Made by a program: the position numbers and the translations under genes. A stretch of 44,285 nt of DNA, taken from positions 1 to 44,285 of IMG/VR virus record IMGVR_UViG_3300014656_000044, one strand, 5' to 3'. Below the pieces are notes generated by a model. That model made no database searches and was not told the DNA's origin. It worked only from the letters and a program-made list of their open reading frames with translations. The first letter of the stretch is position 1; every line of letters starts with the position of its first letter. Below, piece by piece: positions 6,551 through 14,778 of the stretch. The DNA comes from a virus (taxonomy: Duplodnaviria > Caudoviricetes).

Positions 6551-8823
6551 GATTGACTCCTCAGCTCGTTGATGTCAAATAACAACATCCCATGTTCCTG
6601 CTCAATCTTGGTAAGATTTTCAACGGCGATGTCAAAGTATGACCTTTTCAGCTCGATCAATATCGCCTTCCTTCCGAACTTTATAGCTTGGTACGCCTCA
6701 CTTCCTATCCCTCCAAATGGAGTCAATACGGTTTCACCCGGATTAGAATACAACTTAATACATCGTTCGATCGTTCCAAGTTGCAATGGGCAGATATGCT
6801 TTTCATCATCGTCATCCCTTGCCCTTGCATATCTCAGAGTATCTGATTCTTGTATCCCGGTCCATATCCCACCGGCCCAATCTATCCATGTCTCGTTATC
6901 GATCTCTCCGTTTTTAACTGGCACAACTGGCACATCCGGTTTGCCAGGTTTCTTGAATATCAGGATGTGGTCCAGGAGGGCAGGCCTGGAATCTGTTGAA
7001 TCTTTTCTGAGTTGGGTGAACAGTAGGGCTTTTGATTTTGTTCTTATAGCTTGGGCCTGTGGATTCTTGGTTACGATTGCCCGGCCGTAGAATATCCACC
7101 CTTCTTTCTCGTATGCCTCTATAACAGCCCCAGGGAAGTCCCTGATACCCATGTACCCATCTTTCATTGACATGGCTGGGATATCGGAAGTATGGGCGCA
7201 TGTGTTACGGCCCTTTTTTGTGACCCTCAATAGCTCCCGGATTATGAATTTATAATGATCGAAAAATTCACCCCAATCCCTTGAGTTTCCAAGGTCCCTT
7301 TGTGTCGAAGTGTATGTGTATAAATCTGCGAAAGGTGGGCTATACACGGAAAGATCAACGGAATTATGGTCTATTTCCTTTAATCTTTCGCACGAATCCC
7401 CCAACATTGCAGTGAAGTCTTTGCCGTGGTGGGTCATTATTTCATGCTGAATATCCATTATGTTTATTCCCTCCAATTCCTGAAGTTCGTAGTTTTTGAC
7501 ATTCTTCATCAGCTCATCGTGAAGCGACATAGCAATCTGTTCTTTCCTGAGAACATTTTCATAAATTGCCCTTTCCACATCCGACAGGACAATCCATACG
7601 TTAACTGGTTCTTTCTGCCCGAATCTCCATGACCTCCTGATGCACTGATAATAGGATTCAAATGAATCGTTGAGGCCCAGGAATAGCATATTGTGGCAGT
7701 TCTGGAAATTCATTCCATGACCAGCTATCTTTGGTTTCGTGACAATTGTTTGATACTTTTCGTCCTGAAAATCTTCGATGGCCTTAACCTTAAAATCAAT
7801 ACTATCACTCCCCTTGACTTCGGTTGATTCTATCATTTTCGATATTTGGGAGCTCTCAGCATTAAGGCCACACCAAATAATCCATTGGCCTGAGTCTCTT
7901 TTGATAATACCCAATGCCTCTTCTATCTTTGGCATGATCGTTTCCCGCCTTACTTTCCCCCTTTCCTGTATTCCCTTCAACGATCCGAAGAAAAGCATGC
8001 CCTCCGGCGTATAATCAACCGGCACAAAAACAGGCTTTATATTGAGGGGTGGCAGAATGAACATATCATCGTTGAACCCAAGATCAGATGGTTTTTTCAT
8101 GCTCATGGCCCATGAAGAAAGCCACCTATAGAAGTCTTGCTTTGCGTAATTCTTGAGCCTCCATTCTGTTCCTTTTTTGTTGGATTGCTTTTCTTTTATA
8201 ACGAATCCATTCCCGTAATGTTTCTCGACGACAAGATTCGCATGGATAAAAAACTCGGCCAGCATTTCTGTCTGTTTGCATATACCTAGAAACTCGGCAT
8301 GATTTCCCAGCTCTATTTGATCGTTTGGGGCTGGGGTAGCGGTGCAGGCCAATCGGTATGGTACTTTCTGGAATGCTTTTATGAGTTTGCGCCGGGTCTT
8401 TCCATCGAATGATTTAAGGATGCTTGATTCATCCAGTACGATTGCCTCCCATTTCACGTTGATGAAGTTATCAACCATTTCATAATTTGTGATATAGATT
8501 TTATGGTCATTTATCTGGTCTTGGGTTCGGATATACTTCACGTCCATATCAATCTTTTTTGCTTCCCTAACCGTCTGCCGGGCCACAGAAAGCGGTGCAA
8601 TTATGAGGGTCTTTCCCCCTATTAAACGCGACCATTCCAGTTGGCAGAATGTTTTTCCGAGTCCGGTATCCATAAATAAGGCACATCGGCCTTTTTTTAT
8701 AGCCCATTGGGTTACTCTTCTCTGAAAGTAGAATAACATCGGATGGATATCTTTTTCATTTATATTTATCCCAGACCCATGATATTTTCTTTGCTTTGTT
8801 TTCAAAAACTCCTGATAATCCAT
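6547..8823 (-). CDS. SNF2-like helicase fused to an amino (N4-C/N6-A) DNA methyltransferase
   Basis: DTGLGKT, LDESS, TATP, QCIRRSWRFGQ; C-terminal YSPPF, HICPLQ, TPFGGIGSE. Confidence 0.88.
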   Translation of the reverse strand: MDYQEFLKTKQRKYHGSGININEKDIHPMLFYFQRRVTQWAIKKGRCALFMDTGLGKTFCQLEWSRLIGGKTLIIAPLSVARQTVREAKKIDMDVKYIRTQDQINDHKIYITNYEMVDNFINVKWEAIVLDESSILKSFDGKTRRKLIKAFQKVPYRLACTATPAPNDQIELGNHAEFLGICKQTEMLAEFFIHANLVVEKHYGNGFVIKEKQSNKKGTEWRLKNYAKQDFYRWLSSWAMSMKKPSDLGFNDDMFILPPLNIKPVFVPVDYTPEGMLFFGSLKGIQERGKVRRETIMPKIEEALGIIKRDSGQWIIWCGLNAESSQISKMIESTEVKGSDSIDFKVKAIEDFQDEKYQTIVTKPKIAGHGMNFQNCHNMLFLGLNDSFESYYQCIRRSWRFGQKEPVNVWIVLSDVERAIYENVLRKEQIAMSLHDELMKNVKNYELQELEGINIMDIQHEIMTHHGKDFTAMLGDSCERLKEIDHNSVDLSVYSPPFADLYTYTSTQRDLGNSRDWGEFFDHYKFIIRELLRVTKKGRNTCAHTSDIPAMSMKDGYMGIRDFPGAVIEAYEKEGWIFYGRAIVTKNPQAQAIRTKSKALLFTQLRKDSTDSRPALLDHILIFKKPGKPDVPVVPVKNGEIDNETWIDWAGGIWTGIQESDTLRYARARDDDDEKHICPLQLGTIERCIKLYSNPGETVLTPFGGIGSEAYQAIKFGRKAILIELKRSYFDIAVENLTKIEQEHGMLLFDINELRSQS

Positions 8824-8832
8824 TATTCCTCC

Positions 8833-9045
8833 CTATCGAAAAAACCCCCGCCCCATGACCTGCTCTAAATGCTGGCAATCGCTATATCCCGGCTTAATCG
8901 GCTCACCATGCTCATCGTATTTCACGCCGTATGTTTCGGCCTGGCGCTGGCAATGGCCGGGATGAAACCGCTTGTTGGCCGAACTGGTGATACGCTTGCC
9001 GCACCATCGGCAGATCGCGTTTGAGGCGGTGCCGTGGTAGGTCAC
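8833..9045 (-). CDS. Small Cys/His protein
   Basis: CRWC...HC; coupled to the upstream ORF. Confidence 0.55.
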   Translation of the reverse strand: MTYHGTASNAICRWCGKRITSSANKRFHPGHCQRQAETYGVKYDEHGEPIKPGYSDCQHLEQVMGRGFFR

Positions 9046-9290
9046 TTCCTCTTCTTCTCTTCTCGGACCAAAACCTCATCCCGGTCAACATGGACAGTCC
9101 CGTATTTGATATTGATCGGAGGTGCGGCCATTGTTTTTACGGCATCGGTGATTTCAGTTTTTACGATAAACCTGACCTCATCAGCCGTGACCCCCCGGTG
9201 ACCCCAATATGTCCAGTACAGGTACACGGAGAGCAGGGCGATTACGGCACCCATTAAAAAGATTCCTATCGCGTATGTTATTGGTTTCAC
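9042..9290 (-). CDS. Membrane-anchored hypothetical protein
   Basis: GGAGG RBS and GTG; N-terminal TM helix. Confidence 0.55.
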   Translation of the reverse strand: MKPITYAIGIFLMGAVIALLSVYLYWTYWGHRGVTADEVRFIVKTEITDAVKTMAAPPINIKYGTVHVDRDEVLVREEKKRK

Positions 9291-9353
9291 CCCGGTACCT
9301 CCCCTAATTCGGCCAGCAGTTCCCAAATGTCCTTTGACAGCCAATCCAGGTAG

Positions 9354-9557
9354 TCAAATAGTTCCTGGCCGATTGCATGCCGGAGAATGGCTTCCTGCTC
9401 CTGGGCTATCGGATTCGTCATAATTCACCGAGTTTAAATGGGGGCCGTATGTAAATCGTCGGCCGGTTTCGCGTTTGTGGATAATCTGCAAGGCTTCCAA
9501 TTTTAACATTGTGCGATGGATTGCCGCCCTCAATAATATGTATTTCACATCGTCCAT
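9354..9557 (-). CDS. Hypothetical protein
   Basis: GGAGG RBS before ATG 9557. Confidence 0.55.
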   Translation of the reverse strand: MDDVKYILLRAAIHRTMLKLEALQIIHKRETGRRFTYGPHLNSVNYDESDSPGAGSHSPACNRPGTI

Positions 9558-9762
9558 GGTGCCTCCGGTCTTAATTCGGATTAACGTAGAACTAAGAAGT
9601 TGCGGGGACTTCACACACGCCCTATGTAACGTGGGAGGCCATTCGGCAAAACTCCGGGGCGATCTTACCCGGTGGAGAGGTCCCCGCAATCTAACCTACC
9701 TTTCCGGTTTATTTCCCCTCCCTCTCAAGAACGCGCACAGCCTTTGTCGGTACGCGCCGGCC

Positions 9763-10101
9763 CTAACCCCCTAATGGCTTAAACCTTGGAGGATTCCCGA
9801 CCTTCCCCCTTCGGTCCTTTGGTTTTTGCCATATTGGTGTAACATTCCACTGTACATCATCAAAAGACAGTTGATCCTCATCAGCGTGCCCGTTGGCAGA
9901 ATCTTTCACTTGGTCCGCAACAAACTTAATATCAGCCTTCAGCTTGTTTCCGTGCTGGTCAGGAGATATCTTCAAGGTGAGCGATACCGCCAATGTGTCA
10001 TCGCTTTTGAGATATGCTTTGTCCAACTCATTCTGATATGAGTTAAGCAATCCCCCCAATAGTTCTGTCGCCTTCTCTATCGTCTTGTTTCCAATCTTCA
10101 T
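9763..10101 (-). CDS. Hypothetical protein
   Basis: GGGAG RBS; 112 aa. Confidence 0.65.
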   Translation of the reverse strand: MKIGNKTIEKATELLGGLLNSYQNELDKAYLKSDDTLAVSLTLKISPDQHGNKLKADIKFVADQVKDSANGHADEDQLSFDDVQWNVTPIWQKPKDRRGKVGNPPRFKPLGG

Positions 10102-10252
10102 AACTTATCTCCCTATCTCCCAGTATTTTTATGAACGCGCACAGGTTTATAGTCACGGTCAGTAGCCAGATTCGAAATCGCCACGACAAGCGACGATAAT
10201 CCCTGAAAACGCTTTTGCGACCTTGGATAAGGGGTAACCTTAGTTCGTTCAT
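10043..10252 (-). CDS. Hypothetical protein
   Basis: GAGG RBS; overlaps the next gene. Confidence 0.4.
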   Translation of the reverse strand: MNELRLPLIQGRKSVFRDYRRLSWRFRIWLLTVTINLCAFIKILGDREISYEDWKQDDREGDRTIGGIA

Positions 10253-10289
10253 TGTCGCCTCGTTAACCCCCCATTTTTAGGGGGGTTAA

Positions 10290-10505
10290 TTAGTAAAGAA
10301 ACCGTATGATGAAACTTAATGATAATTTTTTTGGCTGGTATGGTTTCAGATGGTAAAAAACACAGGTTTCATCCATGCAGTTTTTTACCGCCTTCCTTGG
10401 CTCCGGCTCATTTCGATCCCATCCGCAACATTCAAAACAGTTGATGATGATCGCCTTTGACCGAGTTAGCTTAGTTAGGTCGTCTGGTATTTTCCTGGCA
10501 GTCAC
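10290..10505 (-). CDS. Small Cys-rich zinc-binding protein
   Basis: KAIIINCFECCG...C...C; GAGG RBS. Confidence 0.65.
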   Translation of the reverse strand: MTARKIPDDLTKLTRSKAIIINCFECCGWDRNEPEPRKAVKNCMDETCVFYHLKPYQPKKLSLSFIIRFLY

Positions 10506-10512
10506 CGTGACC

Positions 10513-11181
10513 TCACCGCCTGAAGGTTATCCCTGCAAAAGCATTATCCGCCCGTACCTCTTCGGGGATATGGCCATAGCCACTGACTCCATCAAAAGCA
10601 AACCAGTCTTCCGATAATCTCAGGCAGGTATATCCGACGTTTACACTGATTGACCAATCCCTGCCAATCTGCTTGTTCATACTAAAGGTAACGGCGGCCA
10701 ATGGTCCCCCCTGGATGTCGTGGTCATACGATGTAAGCCCGGTAAATCCACGCTTTCCAAAATAGAGCATCGCGGCTTCGTGAAATGTCGCCCGGTCTTT
10801 CCCCATTGTCGCCCACGGATGAACCCAGCCGACATCGGCCGATAGGGTGAGGCATTTAAACAGGGTCTGATGTACGCCTAACCCGCCCCCGGCCATGGTC
10901 AGCTTGTAGGCTTCTTGACCGTACACGCCCCTGAAGGTCTGCCCGGCTCCGGCCCATACGGATATCCAGTCACCGGATAGGCGGAAGTTGACCCAGGGAC
11001 CGGACCGAAGTTCTTTATTGCAGTAAAAGTTGTATCGGGATTCGGCGGAGAAGCTGGCTGCATGGACCTTTTCTAAATCCATACAAATGATAAACAGCAG
11101 GGCCATGATCAGGAAAAGAAAGAAGGCGATCCATCCCATACGGGATGCAATCTTTTTATGTGCGATGAGGTATTTGTCCAT
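10513..11181 (-). CDS. Putative outer-membrane beta-barrel protein
   Basis: Signal peptide ending VHA; amphipathic Gly/aromatic strands; C-terminal AFAGITF. Confidence 0.6.
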   Translation of the reverse strand: MDKYLIAHKKIASRMGWIAFFLFLIMALLFIICMDLEKVHAASFSAESRYNFYCNKELRSGPWVNFRLSGDWISVWAGAGQTFRGVYGQEAYKLTMAGGGLGVHQTLFKCLTLSADVGWVHPWATMGKDRATFHEAAMLYFGKRGFTGLTSYDHDIQGGPLAAVTFSMNKQIGRDWSISVNVGYTCLRLSEDWFAFDGVSGYGHIPEEVRADNAFAGITFRR

Positions 11182-11200
11182 GTCGGCCTCCTTGTTTGGA

Positions 11201-11228
11201 GGCCAAAGGCGGGTATTTCAGGTGTGAC
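11201..11228 (+). repeat. 28-bp direct repeat, copy 1 (GGCCAAAGGCGGGTATTTCAGGTGTGAC)
   Basis: Identical to 11584-11611. Confidence 0.95.
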
Positions 11229-11235
11229 GCTAAAG

Positions 11236-11264
11236 ACGTTACACTATTGGATTTTATTTGTCAA
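11236..11264 (-). promoter_or_regulatory. Leftward sigma70-type promoter
   Basis: TTGACA-17 bp-TAACGT. Confidence 0.7.
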
Positions 11265-11334
11265 TCAAAAAATACCGATAGCTCATATTGGATCGAACAT
11301 GAATAACGAATGTTGTGCTGCAGTAAAAAAAAGC

Positions 11335-11364
11335 TTGACAATCGTTACTTATCAGTTTACTTAT
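11335..11364 (+). promoter_or_regulatory. Rightward sigma70-type promoter with TTACTTAT tandem boxes
   Basis: A-tract, then TTGACA, 17 bp, TACTTA; TTACTTAT at 11345 and 11357. Confidence 0.6.
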
Positions 11365-11369
11365 ATATT

Positions 11370-11558
11370 ATGGAAATAGAAATTAAAAAATTGGAGTGCC
11401 TAAGGTGCCACCATACTTGGATTCCAAGGCAGTCTGAAGTCAGGATATGCCCGAAATGCAAATCCGCCTATTGGGACAAGGCCCAACCCGACCAACCTTT
11501 AAGGATGACTGACCCTGCGGGGATCCGACAATCCGGGAAGTCTGGGAATGGGCAGTAG
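11370..11558 (+). CDS. Small zinc-ribbon protein, probably leaderless
   Basis: CLRC.H.W.PR...CPKCKS.YW; no SD, ATG at the expected +1. Confidence 0.7.
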   Translation: MEIEIKKLECLRCHHTWIPRQSEVRICPKCKSAYWDKAQPDQPLRMTDPAGIRQSGKSGNGQ

Positions 11559-11583
11559 GCGGGGCAACCAAACAACCTAACCG

Positions 11584-11611
11584 GGCCAAAGGCGGGTATT
11601 TCAGGTGTGAC
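11584..11611 (+). repeat. 28-bp direct repeat, copy 2
   Basis: Identical to 11201-11228. Confidence 0.95.
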
Positions 11612-11675
11612 AACCAAAATGCCTTTGCCCACAGACCCCCACCCTCCGGGGTGGGGAGAAAGGGGGTCATTGTTG

Positions 11676-11822
11676 ATGATATACCATATTAAAGTTTGGT
11701 CTCTTACCCTCGTATTTCTGGGCGGCATTGCATTGACCGGTTGTGAGAGCGCCTATTTCCCTCTCCCGAATATTGCGGGGATTGGGATTGTGGCACTCGT
11801 CGGCTTGATTGCGTGTCAATAA
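11676..11822 (+). CDS. Small membrane protein/lipoprotein
   Basis: Two hydrophobic segments, LTGC lipobox-like motif; stop inside attC R''. Confidence 0.55.
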   Translation: MIYHIKVWSLTLVFLGGIALTGCESAYFPLPNIAGIGIVALVGLIACQ

Positions 11823-11875
11823 CCAGCCGCATTACCGGACTGCGCTACGCTACGCCGGTGAGCTAAGTGTTAGCT
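11817..11875 (+). repeat. attC-like site (59 bp)
   Basis: CAATAAC CAGCC GCATTACC GG[A]C...GCC GGTGAGC TAAGT GTTAGCT. Confidence 0.8.
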
Positions 11876-11897
11876 TCTTAGAAATGAGATTGTACCT

Positions 11898-12614
11898 ATG
11901 ATGACGTTTGGGTCACTTTTTGCCGGAATAGGGGGCTTTGATCTTGGCCTTGAACGTGCCGGGATGAAATGTAAGTGGCAGGTTGAAATTGATCCGTTTT
12001 GTAGAAAGGTACTTCAAAAACATTGGCCGGAGGTTCCAAGATATAGAGATGTGCGAGAAATCGAAAAAATTGAATCAGTCGATATTATTTGCGGAGGGCC
12101 TCCCTGCCAAAGAACAAGTGTCGCCGCTGCAATATTTGGCAATAGAACTGGAGAAAGTTTATGGGGAGAGATGGCGCGAATTGTTCAAGAAAATATGCCG
12201 ACATGGGTTATCGTTGAGCAGCCCCCTGGAAACAAAAAATGGGAAACTGAAGTTACGGTGGATCTGGAGGGCCTTGGGTACTGTGTTGACAGATTTGTCA
12301 GATCGGCTCTGCTTTGTGGTGCGCCTCATGAACGCCGGCGGGTGTTCTTTGTTGCCAACACCTTGCGCGAGCGACTCGACACGTTCACCAGGCTCAGAGA
12401 ATCATCCTCGATTATCGAAAAGTCGTGGCCTTCGCCTCCAAGAGGAACTTGGCGCTCGCCCAGGACCGGAACTTGTCGAATGGATGATGGGCTACCCGAT
12501 TGGGTGGACCGAATTAAATCACTGGGAAATGCTGTGATACCGCAAGTAATTAAGCATATTGGTTTAAACATAATTAACGCTAACAATGGCTTTCAGCGGA
12601 CAAGGAGCCGCTGA
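11898..12614 (+). CDS. DNA (cytosine-5) methyltransferase, alpha-type polypeptide
   Basis: SLFAGIGG (I), GGPPCQ (IV), EQP (VI variant), PHERRRVF (VIII), LGNAV (X). Confidence 0.88.
   Translation: MMTFGSLFAGIGGFDLGLERAGMKCKWQVEIDPFCRKVLQKHWPEVPRYRDVREIEKIESVDIICGGPPCQRTSVAAAIFGNRTGESLWGEMARIVQENMPTWVIVEQPPGNKKWETEVTVDLEGLGYCVDRFVRSALLCGAPHERRRVFFVANTLRERLDTFTRLRESSSIIEKSWPSPPRGTWRSPRTGTCRMDDGLPDWVDRIKSLGNAVIPQVIKHIGLNIINANNGFQRTRSR
11983..12537 (+). CDS. Overlapping alternative-frame ORF, probable beta polypeptide supplying C5-MTase motif IX
   Basis: LLPTP...PELVEWMMGYPIGWT, nested within the MTase gene; start may be 12049. Confidence 0.6.
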   Translation: MKLIRFVERYFKNIGRRFQDIEMCEKSKKLNQSILFAEGLPAKEQVSPLQYLAIELEKVYGERWRELFKKICRHGLSLSSPLETKNGKLKLRWIWRALGTVLTDLSDRLCFVVRLMNAGGCSLLPTPCASDSTRSPGSENHPRLSKSRGLRLQEELGARPGPELVEWMMGYPIGWTELNHWEML

Positions 12615-12628
12615 AGCCGTCGTTATCA
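12578..12628 (+). repeat. attC-like site
   Basis: CGCTAAC AATGG CTTTCAGC...GCTGAAG CCGTC GTTATCA; canonical geometry. Confidence 0.88.
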
Positions 12629-12647
12629 TCTTTCTTTGGAGGCATAA

Positions 12648-12899
12648 ATGGCAATCATATTAGATTTAACAGAGTATACTGGTGATGAGGTTTTTCAAGA
12701 AGGAATGCCTAAAAAAATATTATTAGTCCCTGGAAAACATTATTTTGAATATGATTTACATCCTAACCATCGACGGGCTAAATGGTATAAGCAACGCGTG
12801 GAGGAATCAAGGCGGGTGTCCCCTGATAAACGTGCTGATTGGCCGATAGGCATCACTGAACACATGCTCCATGATGGGGCTAAAATAATCCACAGATAA
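12648..12899 (+). CDS. Hypothetical protein (cassette gene)
   Basis: GGAGG RBS; flanked by two attC; stop inside R''. Confidence 0.75.
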   Translation: MAIILDLTEYTGDEVFQEGMPKKILLVPGKHYFEYDLHPNHRRAKWYKQRVEESRRVSPDKRADWPIGITEHMLHDGAKIIHR

Positions 12900-12955
12900 C
12901 CAAAGCATTAAGTCGTACAGCAAAAAGACGCTGCCGCTTATGCTCGTTGTTGGGA
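12894..12955 (+). repeat. attC-like site
   Basis: AGATAAC CAAAG CATTAAGT...GCTTATG CTCGTT GTTGGGA. Confidence 0.82.
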
Positions 12956-12965
12956 GGTATTAAAT

Positions 12966-13244
12966 ATGAATATAGTCAACACGGTTCTAAAAGGGGCGGG
13001 GATGCCCCTACCGGATGATCCGATAATGGATGAATATTGCCCCGAGGGCCAGATCACCAAAGGCTATGAGCAGATCATGGCCGGGGTTGAGCAGATATCA
13101 AGCGGCCTGTACCTATGTCGTCCCCAAACCCTGGAGGCCATGAACGATATCAACCAACTGGCCAATATGGTCCGAGCGATCACGGAAGAATTAGAGAAGG
13201 CGCAGTCATCTTACATCGAGATCAAGGAGGTATGCAATGGATGA
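12966..13244 (+). CDS. Hypothetical protein
   Basis: GGAGG RBS. Confidence 0.65.
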   Translation: MNIVNTVLKGAGMPLPDDPIMDEYCPEGQITKGYEQIMAGVEQISSGLYLCRPQTLEAMNDINQLANMVRAITEELEKAQSSYIEIKEVCNG

Positions 13245-13410
13245 GGAAAGGTTCACCATGAACCGGTGCGACATTCACCGGGATCATTTTTACATCTACC
13301 GTGACGGCCTGAAATACGCGATATCATTTTTCTCTGCAGAACTGGCGGATAAGATTGATGAAGCACGTGTGTTGCCGGTGAAGCAACTGAAACACACTAA
13401 GGGGGACTAA
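13237..13410 (+). CDS. Hypothetical 57-aa protein
   Basis: AAGGAGG RBS; TAATG coupling to the ERF gene. Confidence 0.55.
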   Translation: MDEERFTMNRCDIHRDHFYIYRDGLKYAISFFSAELADKIDEARVLPVKQLKHTKGD

Positions 13411-14192
13411 TGGAAACGAAAAAGAATGCGCCAGAAGTAATCGATGTAACATCGGAAGATATGAAGGTAGTCGTAAGGTCGCCTTATGAATCTATTCTAT
13501 CAGCGGTCAAGGAAGGGACCGACCTAGACAGGCTGGAAAAGGTGCTTGAGATAGGGATGAGATGGGAGGCCAATGAAGCCAAGAAAGCCTATCATCAGGC
13601 CATGACAGATTTCAAGGCCAATCCTCCAGAAATCCTAAAGGATAAGCACGTTTCATTTCCGGTAGGTGGTAAGACCACCGAATATGATCATGCCTCCCTT
13701 GCCAATGTTGTAGAGAGTATCAATAAGGGCCTAAGTCAACATGGATTGTCTGCGGCTTGGGTCACGAATCAAGGTGAAGGAGGTATATCGGTTACTTGCC
13801 GGATTACCCACAGTCTGGGCCATAGCGAAGAAACGACCCTTGCGGCGGCCCCGGATAATAGCGGAAGTAAAAATGCGATACAGGCTCTTGGTTCGACAGT
13901 CACATATCTTCAGAGGTACACGCTCCTTGCATTGACCGGACTGGCAACAAAGAACGGATCCGATGATGACGGCAATGGGGGCCCAACAGTCGTCATATCC
14001 GATAAGCAATTAAATACAATCACCGATTATTTGGACAACCTTGGGGCCGACAAGCCAAAATTCTGCAAGCATTTCGAGATTGATGAGGTTAAGGATCTTT
14101 CTGCGGATAGATTCAATGAAGCCGTTGCAATGCTGAAAGCCAAGGAAGCCAAACTAAACAAAGCGAAGGAAGAAGCCAATGCTACGACTTGA
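13410..14192 (+). CDS. ERF-family ssDNA-annealing recombinase
   Basis: YDHASL, ITHSLGHSE, GSTVTYLQRYTLLALTGL..DDDG. Confidence 0.9.
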   Translation: METKKNAPEVIDVTSEDMKVVVRSPYESILSAVKEGTDLDRLEKVLEIGMRWEANEAKKAYHQAMTDFKANPPEILKDKHVSFPVGGKTTEYDHASLANVVESINKGLSQHGLSAAWVTNQGEGGISVTCRITHSLGHSEETTLAAAPDNSGSKNAIQALGSTVTYLQRYTLLALTGLATKNGSDDDGNGGPTVVISDKQLNTITDYLDNLGADKPKFCKHFEIDEVKDLSADRFNEAVAMLKAKEAKLNKAKEEANATT

Positions 14193-14778
14193 TATAGAGC
14201 AGGGGACCAATGAATGGTTTCAGGCTAAGTTGGGAATCCCTTCTTCGTCAAACTTCGATAAGATCCTGACGCCGGCGACTGGAAAGCCTTCAGCACAAGC
14301 CAAAAACTATATGTATCGTCTGGCCGGGGAACGGATCACAGGGATTCCAGTCGAGACATACCAAAACGCAACCATACAGAGGGGGGTTGAGTTAGAATTG
14401 GAAGCACGATCCGCCTTTGAGTTCATCGAAGATCAAGCCGTTGAGCTTGTTGGCATCTGCTTCCCCGATGAAAAACGAAAATTCTGCTGTTCACCAGATG
14501 GTCTATTTGACAATACCGGACTTGAAATCAAATGCCCTCTCCTACATACCCATGTCGGATATCTACTGGCCGGTAAGTTGCCCACAGATTACATTCCCCA
14601 GGTTCAGGGGAGTATGCTTGTGACTGGCGCTCCCTTCTGGTGGTTCATGTCGTATTATCCGGGAATGGATTCACTGATCATTAAGGTCAAGCGTGACGTT
14701 GAATATCTGATCAAGCTGAAGGTGGCCCTAGATACGTTCTGCGATGAACTGGATAATACCACGGAGAAGTTGAGATGA
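14179..14778 (+). CDS. YqaJ/lambda-exonuclease family protein
   Basis: EQGTNEWFQAKLG, RGVELE, CSPDG, LEIKCP, QVQGSM. Confidence 0.92.
   Translation: MLRLDIEQGTNEWFQAKLGIPSSSNFDKILTPATGKPSAQAKNYMYRLAGERITGIPVETYQNATIQRGVELELEARSAFEFIEDQAVELVGICFPDEKRKFCCSPDGLFDNTGLEIKCPLLHTHVGYLLAGKLPTDYIPQVQGSMLVTGAPFWWFMSYYPGMDSLIIKVKRDVEYLIKLKVALDTFCDELDNTTEKLR

Noticed and set aside
9600-9689. tRNA gene
   Set aside because: No T-loop GTTCRA, D-loop or CCA consensus
11201-11611. 28-bp repeats as attL/attR or IS target duplication
   Set aside because: No recombinase or transposase; the enclosed 355 bp holds the core divergent promoters
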